A stretch of 64,000 nt of DNA, taken from NCBI GenBank assembly GCA_002269645.1, contig NIVC01000225.1:710927-774926 (forward strand), written 5' to 3'. Of the stretch, positions 57,001 to 64,000 are shown piece after piece. The position numbers were made by a program, and so were the translations under genes. The notes beneath the pieces are model-generated. The model made no database searches. It saw nothing but the letters and a program-made list of their open reading frames with translations, and had not been told where the DNA came from. Numbering within the stretch: position 1 is the first letter of the stretch; each line of letters opens with the position of its first letter. This DNA comes from Macrostomum lignano (taxonomy: Eukaryota).

Positions 57001-60000
57001 TGTTTACAAGTTAATAATTTAATGTATGTCAAACTGATTGCGTTTATGCAGTTGATTGTTTGTTCGTTGGGGGTATTATTGCCTTCGCTTTTTGCAACGA
57101 TTTGTACGCATCAAGAAGTTAGGTTATTATTTCGGTTCTTTGATGAATTATGCTTTGCCCATAGACTAATGATGAGTGTAAATATCTTGGCCATAGACTA
57201 ATGATGAGTGGAGATATCTTGGCCATAGACTAATGATGAGTGGAGATATCTTGGCCATAGACTAATGATGAGTGGAGATATCTTGGCCATAGACTAATGG
57301 TGAGTGGAAATATCTTGGCCATAGACTAATGGTGAGTGGAAATATCTTGGCCATAGACTAATGATGAGTGGAGATATCTTGGCCATAGACTAATGATGAG
57401 TGGAGACATCTTGGCCATAGACTAATGATGAGTGGAAATATCTTGGCCATAGACTAATGGTGAGTGGAAATATCTTGGCCATAGACTAATGATGAGTGGA
57501 GATATCTTGGCCATAGACTAATGATGAGTGGAGACATCTTGGCCATAGACTAATGATGAGTGGAAATATCTTTGCCATAGACTAATGATGAGTGGAGACA
57601 TCTTGGCCATAGACTAATGATGAGTGGAAATATCTTGGCCATAGACTAATGGTGAGTGGAGATATCTTGGCCATAGACTAATGGTGAGTGGAGATATCTT
57701 GGCCATAGACTAATGATGAGTGGAGATATCTTGGCCATAGACTAATGGTGAGTGGAAATATCTTGGCCATAGACTAATGGTGAGTGGAAATATCTTGGCC
57801 ATAGACTAATGATGAGTGGAGATATCTTGGCCATAGACTAATGATGAGTGGAAATATCTTGGTCATAGACTAATGATGAGTGGAGATATCTTGGCCATAG
57901 ACTAATGATGAGTGGAGATATCTTGGCCATAGACTAATGGTGAGTGGAGATATCTTGGCCATAGACTAATGATGAGTGGAGATATCTTGGCCATAGACTA
58001 ATGATGAGTGGAGATATCTTGGCCATAGACTAATGGTGAGTGGAGATATCTTGGCCATAGACTAATGATGAGTGGAGATATCTTGGCCATAGACTAATGA
58101 TGAGTGGAGATATCTTGGCCATAGACTAATGATGAGTGGAGATATCTTGGCCATAGACTAATGATGAGTGGAGATATCTTGGCCATAGACTAATGGTGAG
58201 CGGAGATATCTTGGCCATAGACTAATGATGAGTGGAAATATCTTGGCCATAGAATAGGTAAAAAATAGCTTCTTAAAATCACGAATTTTTAAATTACATT
58301 TTCACAACAAAGATTTTAACTGCTTGAGTTGAGCTGACAGCAGATTAAAAAGCGACCCAGCCTGCTTCCTGGCGATAAGAATGTTGGGATTGGATCGAAA
58401 GAGAGTTAACCTTGAAATTGGAATATACTTTTTCACAAGATATACCCTATAGGCGGTCCCCTAGGAAATCTGAGTGAGTTTACCCCCAACCCCAGTTAAT
58501 CTCGCACGCGATCCTAAGCGGATATTAAAAATGTTAGAAAAAATAAGAAGGCAATGTTGTCCGCTTCCGAGATACTTCCAGAAAGTATGGAAGAAGTTTC
58601 TTTCAGATTTCTTACATTTTTTGGAATTTTTAGGCATACTAAACCAGAATAGAAAGTTGATACAGGGCTTGGTCAATTTTTTATTAGTCTGGCAAAGAAG
58701 CAAACTCGCTTTAGATAGGGTAAAAAAATAAAATGAAATAGAATTTTTAACCATAGACTATTGTAACAAACTATTTGTACCATAGACTATCGTACCATAG
58801 ACTATCGTACCATAGACTATCGTACCATAGACTATCGTACCATAGACTATCGTACCATAGACTATCGTACCATAGACTATTGTACCATAGACTATCGTAC
58901 CATAGACTATCGTACCATAGACTATTGTACGATAGACTATTGTACCATAGACTATCGTACCATAGACTATTGTACGATAGACTAGTGTACCATAAACTAT
59001 TTCATTATAGACAGCCCGTCAAGAGAAGTGTTTAACATCAATTTTCGACGCTACAATAGTTCTATATAGTCCTTTAAAAAGGATGCTCGAGCTTTAACTA
59101 AATTATTAGCAAACTTTTTTATTACGAAACCATTCTTGTTAATAGTTTTTTTGAAATAAAATAGTTCATACATTTGAAGCCTGACCAAACCAGTGCTATT
59201 GTTGACCATGGGTTAAATTTAGCTATAAAACATTATAATAATAATGTACACAGAAAATTCTTAAATACTATATGTATGGCAGCTGAGCACGAGCAATGAG
59301 AATAGCGTGTTCAGGGGTATCTCAACAGTGTGTGAGAGTGTGTGTGTGTGTGTGTGTAAATAATCTAGGCTGAGTGAGAGATGCTAAGAGAGGCAGTTTG
59401 GGCGTGGCTTGTAACTTTTTGACAGCGGAAATTCATAATTTTACTAGTATATGCAATTTCACATGCATACTGTCAGGGTTCCACTTTGGCACTGGTATTT
59501 TGGAATTTAGAAATGTTTGCAATTTTCTGTTTGACAAGTTCATTAAAGATTTCATGCTTTATTGTTGGATTGTTACAGTTTGACTTGGTCTGGTCTTTCC
59601 GTTTCTACTCTCACCTCTCCGCTCTTCCACTCTCTCTCCCACTCTGTCCGCTCTCTCCCCGCTCTGTCCGCTCTCCCCCGCTCTGTCCGCTCTCTCCCGC
59701 TCTCTCCCACTCTCCGCTCTTCCACTCTCTCACTCTCCCCGCTCTCTCCCACTCTTTCCGCTCTCTCCCACTCTGTCCGCTCTCTCCCACTCTGTCCGCT
59801 CTCTCCCACTCTGTCCGCTCTCTTCCACTCTGTCCGCTCTCTCCCACTCCGTCCGCTCTCTTCCACTCTGTCCGCTCTCTCCACTCTCCGCTCTCTCCCA
59901 CTCTGTCCGCTCTCTCCCACTCTCCGCTCTCTCCCACTCTGTCCGCTCTCTCCCACTCTCCGCTCTCTCCCACTCTGTCCGCTCTCTCCCACTCTCTTTC

Positions 60001-60600
60001 CGCTTTTGTTTTCCCTAACTCCTCGCGGTCCCTTCGATCTGTACCTGATTCCCATCTCCCCTAATTACGCTCGTAGCGCATTAACTATCGCGCAGCCGCC
60101 CGCCCCCGCCCGCAGACGGCCAGATTATCTCTCTGGTTCTCTACGAAGACTCTGACGGTAAAATTCGCTCCTTCCTAATCGAAGAGGTCCGAGCTAATTC
60201 CGTCTCAATGATGTGGCAGGTGCCGCAGTACGTGCTAATCTCAATCGCTGAAGTGCTCTTCTCCATCTCCGGCCTGGCTCTCTCCTATGCTGAAGCGCCA
60301 GCCTCCATGAAATCTCTTGTCCAAGCGCTCTGGCTAATGTGCGTTGCTATTGGCAACGTGGTTGTTATGGTTGTAAGCGAGGTTAGAATTATACCCTATC
60401 AGAGCTACGAGTTCCTGATGTTCGCCCTGCTAATGCTGCTGAACGTGTTTGTCTTCATCCTATTGGCCATGCGCTATCAGCCATTCAGTGCGGACCCCGA
60501 CAGTGAGCTGCCAATGGTGCCGCCAACTTCTAAACCGGCCCCATTAACCGAGCAAGATGATAAGAGCAACGTTAACAGCGGATACACTGCCGAAGACTAA
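51056..60600 (+). CDS. Proton-coupled oligopeptide transporter, SLC15A1/A2 (PEPT1/2)-like, 4 exons, 788 aa
   Basis: Exons 51056-52175, 54721-54983, 55342-55840, 60116-60600 join in frame (2367 nt). Motifs NEFCERFNYFG (ExxERF), GTGGIKPNVAAFGADQ, FYFAINLGSL, FWALFDQMGSRW, WQVPQY and EAPASMKS are present, with the animal-type extracellular loop domain in exons 2-4. Confidence 0.95.
52205..52985. repeat. Intronic minisatellite, 34-35-bp unit GCACCTGAGTGCCTGGGTTCGATTCTGTGACTGTT, about 22 copies
   Basis: SLC15 intron 1, starting ~30 nt after the donor. Confidence 0.96.
53405..53763 (-). mobile_element. tRNA-derived SINE-like element, 359 bp, with 13-bp TSD
   Basis: The minus-strand head GGGCCGTAGCCCAGCGG...GGCTCGATTCC has A- and B-box-like motifs. 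GATGTTTTTATTT is repeated at 53392-53404 and 53764-53776, and the 3' end is AAT-rich. A homologous body fragment lies at ~38340-38460. Confidence 0.8.
53925..54555. repeat. Intronic minisatellite, 46-47-bp unit, about 13 copies
   Basis: CAATAAACAACCCCCCATAAAACAGGCAGATTGCACAGTTCTATAGC repeated; SLC15 intron 1. Confidence 0.97.
54995..55325. repeat. Intronic minisatellite, 30-bp unit TTGCTGGGCCAGCCTCCCAGATCC.., about 11 copies
   Basis: Fills SLC15 intron 2 (54984-55341) nearly end to end. Confidence 0.95.
56010..56795. repeat. Intronic minisatellite, 23-bp unit AAACCGTTCCTCAATCCTTCCCC, about 34 copies
   Basis: SLC15 intron 3. Confidence 0.97.
57160..58250. repeat. Intronic minisatellite, 32-bp unit GGCCATAGACTAATGATGAGTGGAGATATCTT, about 34 copies
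   Basis: SLC15 intron 3; highly homogeneous. Confidence 0.98.
58760..59000. repeat. Intronic minisatellite, 15-bp unit CCATAGACTATCGTA, about 16 copies
   Basis: SLC15 intron 3. Confidence 0.96.
59600..60000. repeat. Pyrimidine-rich degenerate tandem repeat (CTCTCTCCCACTCTGTCCG)
   Basis: Directly visible, upstream of the last SLC15 acceptor. Confidence 0.9.
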
Positions 60601-60804
60601 GGGGATGACAGCTTATTTTGTAAGCGTAAATTAAGCTGCTGAAAATGCGTCTTAAGACTGAAGATTTTTTCATTATATTTTTTGTTGTCAGTCAGTTTTT
60701 TTCATCTCCGCCCCTTGTGCGTACCTCATCATTATAACTGTGTACTTAACTCCTCTGGTAGCAACTGTCCTTTGTGATGCCTGCCTGTGCTTTACATGGG
60801 GAGA

Positions 60805-61250
60805 GATTGCTGTCAAACAGCTGTGTTCTGAAGGGTGAGATTTTGCTGTCAAACAGCTGTTCTGAAGGGTGAGATTTTGCCGTCAAACCGCTGTTTTGAA
60901 GGGTGAGATTTTGTAGTCAAACTGATATTTTGAAGGGTAAGATTTTGCTGTCAATCAGATGTTTTGAAGGGTGAGTTTTTGTAGTTAAACAGACATTTTA
61001 AAGTGGGAGATTTTGTATTCAAGCTGATGTTTTGAAAGGTGAGACTTTTAGTGAAATACATGTTTTAAACTGTGAGATTTTGTAGTCAAACGGCTGTTTT
61101 GAAGGGTGAGATTTTGTAGTCAGACGGCTGTTTTGAAGGGTGAGATTTTGTATTCAAGCTGATGTTTTGAAGGGTGAGATTTTCAGTGAAACATGTTTTG
61201 AACTGTGAGATTTTGTAGTCAAACGGCTGTTTTGAAGGGTGAGATTTTGT
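60805..61250. repeat. Degenerate ~34-bp tandem repeat (GAAGGGTGAGATTTTG core) downstream of SLC15
   Basis: About 12 diverged units. Confidence 0.8.
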
Positions 61251-62639
61251 TGAAATAAGCAGGTCCTTTCAAGAGGGATTTGATACCATAAGTGTCTTGT
61301 AAAGGATGAGATTTTTCTTAAAAGTATTTGTCAATATCACGCACAGGTCATCACTCTGTGGACAGTGTGCACTCGTTACATCGATAATTAATTTATTATT
61401 TTCTATTCTCAAACGACTACTCCTGCGCTACTGGATTTTAGAATTTTCTCTTGAAGAATTTTGACCTACATTGATACTTCATTTTGCATTGCGCGTTGAC
61501 TATTTAAATCAACTTTAAGAATTATTATATTAGAGTAAATAAGTATTTGCGTTGTCGCGAGCAATCAATATAAACATTATGTAGGCGGGATATCGCATTA
61601 CTTTCTATGGAGTATTAAATATTATTACCTGCTTGTCAGGTATGATGAGGTGAATCGTTATCGTTTAATTTAATTCTTATTGGCAGGATATCCGTGACGT
61701 TTTGATAAGTCTGTTTCATTTTTCTGTCAGGCAGACGGACTTAATGTGACGGAGCGTAAATTATATTCCATTCGAATTTATTTTAAATTTTATTTTTGTT
61801 TTAATTAATAAAAGTTTTAAGTCATAGATTTGTTTGTTGTTTTTTGTTTAAAATTTCTATCGGCCACGGATTTCCCGTGCTTGATTTAAAAAATTATTCA
61901 ATTTTTGTTTAAATGCTTTGTTATAATTGATTTGTGTTGTTTTTTTTGTTTTACTAAACTCAGTGAAAAAAAATCCGTAAGCGCTCTATTGCAAATCTTC
62001 CTATATGTTTAATCTGTCTTTATATTTGTTATAATCTTTTTCAGCGCTTTCTTGACCAACTATTTTTCCTATATAGAAGTTCCAAATGTACTTGCGTTTT
62101 TATTGTTTGTCGGTTTTGTCCGTGGCTTATTGACCTGTATTATTATTATTTTATTATCACTGCTAATATTATTTTGACGTCTCTTATTGCGGCTCTTCCC
62201 TGTTCTTGTTTATTTTTAAACAATGAACGATTAAAACACCTGAATTGTCTTAGCAAAGTTATATTTATTTTTAATATGTACAATGAAATGCTGTTATTCA
62301 ATAGGCTTATCTTATAACATCAACAGCATAGTTAATTAGATTTTTTGGGTTGGTATAACATTATTATTATTGTCGAAACTGATAAGTTTTATTTATTTTT
62401 TTCAGTGTTTTTATGCTCGATATTTATATTATTAAATATATATATATATATATGTCTGCACACACCATCAGCCCGTGTGCTTTTCTCTCGTCCCAGTGTG
62501 TGCCCGCTTTTTGTGTCGCAGAAAGTCTGTCTGTGTCCATTTTTTTTGTTTAAATTGTTTGTTTAAGTCTTGAAGCATTTGCCCAGCTAGGACTACTTGC
62601 GTGTAGCGTCTGGACGAGTATCTTGTGTCCTCGCTCGCG

Positions 62640-63025
62640 TGCTTCGCCTCTCTTACTTCTCCCTCTCTCTATCTCTCATCTTCCCTTCCCCACTCTCCCC
62701 TCTATCTCCCTACTCTCCATCTCCCCTCCATCTCCTCTCTCCCCTCCATCTCCTCTCTCCCCTCCATCTCCTCTCTCCCCTCCATCTATTTTCAATCTCC
62801 TTTCTCCCCTCCATCTCCCTCTCTCTTCCATCTCCCCTCTCCCCTTCATCTCCTTTTCTTCTCTATCACTTGATCTCCCTTCTCTCAATCTCTCCTCCAT
62901 CTCCCTTCTCTCCATCTCCCTTCCATCTCCCCTCTCTCCTCCATCTCCCCTCCTCCCTCTCCATCTCCCCTCTCCCCTCCATCTCCCTTCCACCTCCCCT
63001 CTTCCCTCCACTCCATCTCCCTTTG
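62640..63025. repeat. CT-rich low-complexity tract (CCATCTCCCCTCT)
   Basis: Directly visible; explains ORFs 62597-63062. Confidence 0.9.
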
Positions 63026-63156
63026 CCCTGTTAGAACTGCGATCGGATATTCGATAGTGCACTGTTGCTGGGGAAGTTTCGCTTTAGTGAAGTGACTAAA
63101 GTGACTTAGGTGACTAATCTAAAATTTCCAAGTTGATTTTTGTTTTGCTTTTCAAG

Positions 63157-63796
63157 AGTCAATCTGTCATCATGGCAACAGCTCACGCGGCGGAAGAGGC
63201 GGCAGCGGCTTGTCTCCACAGAAGCGGCAGCCGCAGCTGGCTCCGACCGCATCGCCTCTGCTGTCAATCTCTCAACGGCCAGCTGGCTCTGCGCCGTCCA
63301 CCGTGTCGCCAGCTGCCGCGGCGTCCAGACGGCGTCAACAGGCATCTCAGCCCGCCGCCTCGCCTGCCTCGGCCTCGTCAACGTCTCGCAGCAGCGGACT
63401 TGACAGCGGCATCGGCAGCGCCAGACAGACGTCAGCAGCGACCGGCGCTTCCGCCGCAGGTCCAGCGACGCCACGCCGGGAGGCTCCCAACGAACTGCTA
63501 ATGGAATTCGTCGAATGCGTTATGACTAAAGATTTTAATAACGCGGCAAAACTATGCGAAATGATTCTGCTGTACGAGCCTAACAATCTGGAGGCGCTGC
63601 AGTTCAGAGCCGTCATCTCAGACAGGCTGCTGCTGGATCAGCTGAGCTCTGGCAACGAAGATGACGACGATGACGACACCGAGGATGGCGATGATAGCGA
63701 CGATGACGACGAAGACGATGACGATGATCAAGAGGATGGAGAAGCTGGAACGAAGAGGACGAAGGATTGGGCAGCGATTCTAATAGAAATCCTTGA
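63157..63796 (+). CDS. ERICH2: ERICH2-like (glutamate-rich protein 2) coding exon; upstream exon not identified; probable 1-nt frameshift near 63749
   Basis: Acceptor ttttcaag at 63156, a Ser/Ala/Pro-rich region, then EAPNELLMEFVECVMTKDFNNAAKLCEMILLYEPNNLEALQF, matching the ERICH2 core (APLEL..EF....LA.KLCQMILIYEP.N.EA..F) as recalled, followed by an Asp/Glu tract. Confidence 0.75.
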
Positions 63797-63844
63797 TGTT
63801 GGCTGCTTGATTCACTGTGGAAGTAGCTTATCTGAGATATGTTT

Positions 63845-64000
63845 TCCCTTTGATATGCCGCCGGAATTTCCCTTTGATGTGCCGCCGATATCTCCCTATG
63901 ATGTGCCGCCTTGGAATTTCCTTTGATGTGCCGCCGTATCTCCCTTTGATGTGCCGCCGCGGAATTTCCCTTTGATGTGCCGCTCGGAATTTCCCTTTGA
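63845..64000. repeat. Minisatellite, 24-bp unit TTTGATGTGCCGCCGGAATTTCCC, runs off the window
   Basis: Directly visible. Confidence 0.92.

Overview
Eukaryotic (metazoan) genomic DNA, not prokaryotic: spliced genes with GT-AG introns, GC-rich exons in AT-rich spacers, and a very heavy load of mini/microsatellites (hand tally about 17 kb, roughly a quarter of the window). This style resembles the flatworm Macrostomum, but that is my inference and cannot be shown from the window. Left to right: three intronless Pi-class-like glutathione S-transferase genes (-), the middle one a 5'/3' chimera of its neighbours; a 3.16-kb non-autonomous TIR DNA transposon (CCCGTAAC termini, 3-bp TSD) carrying a spliced BEN/DUF4806-like ORF; a multi-exon Ig-domain single-pass membrane protein gene (-); a near-identical 3.1-kb tandem duplication bounded by hybrid minisatellite arrays and containing exons of an unidentified gene; MNS1 (-, 6 exons); peroxiredoxin-4 (-, 3 exons) with exon 1 bracketed by inverted dispersed repeats; an SLC15/PEPT oligopeptide transporter (+, 4 exons) with a tRNA-derived SINE (13-bp TSD) in intron 1; and an ERICH2-like exon with a probable 1-nt frameshift. 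Most long ORFs in the supplied track are artefacts of tandem repeats. All exon models were built by hand from splice signals, phase consistency and recalled family motifs; no database search was run.
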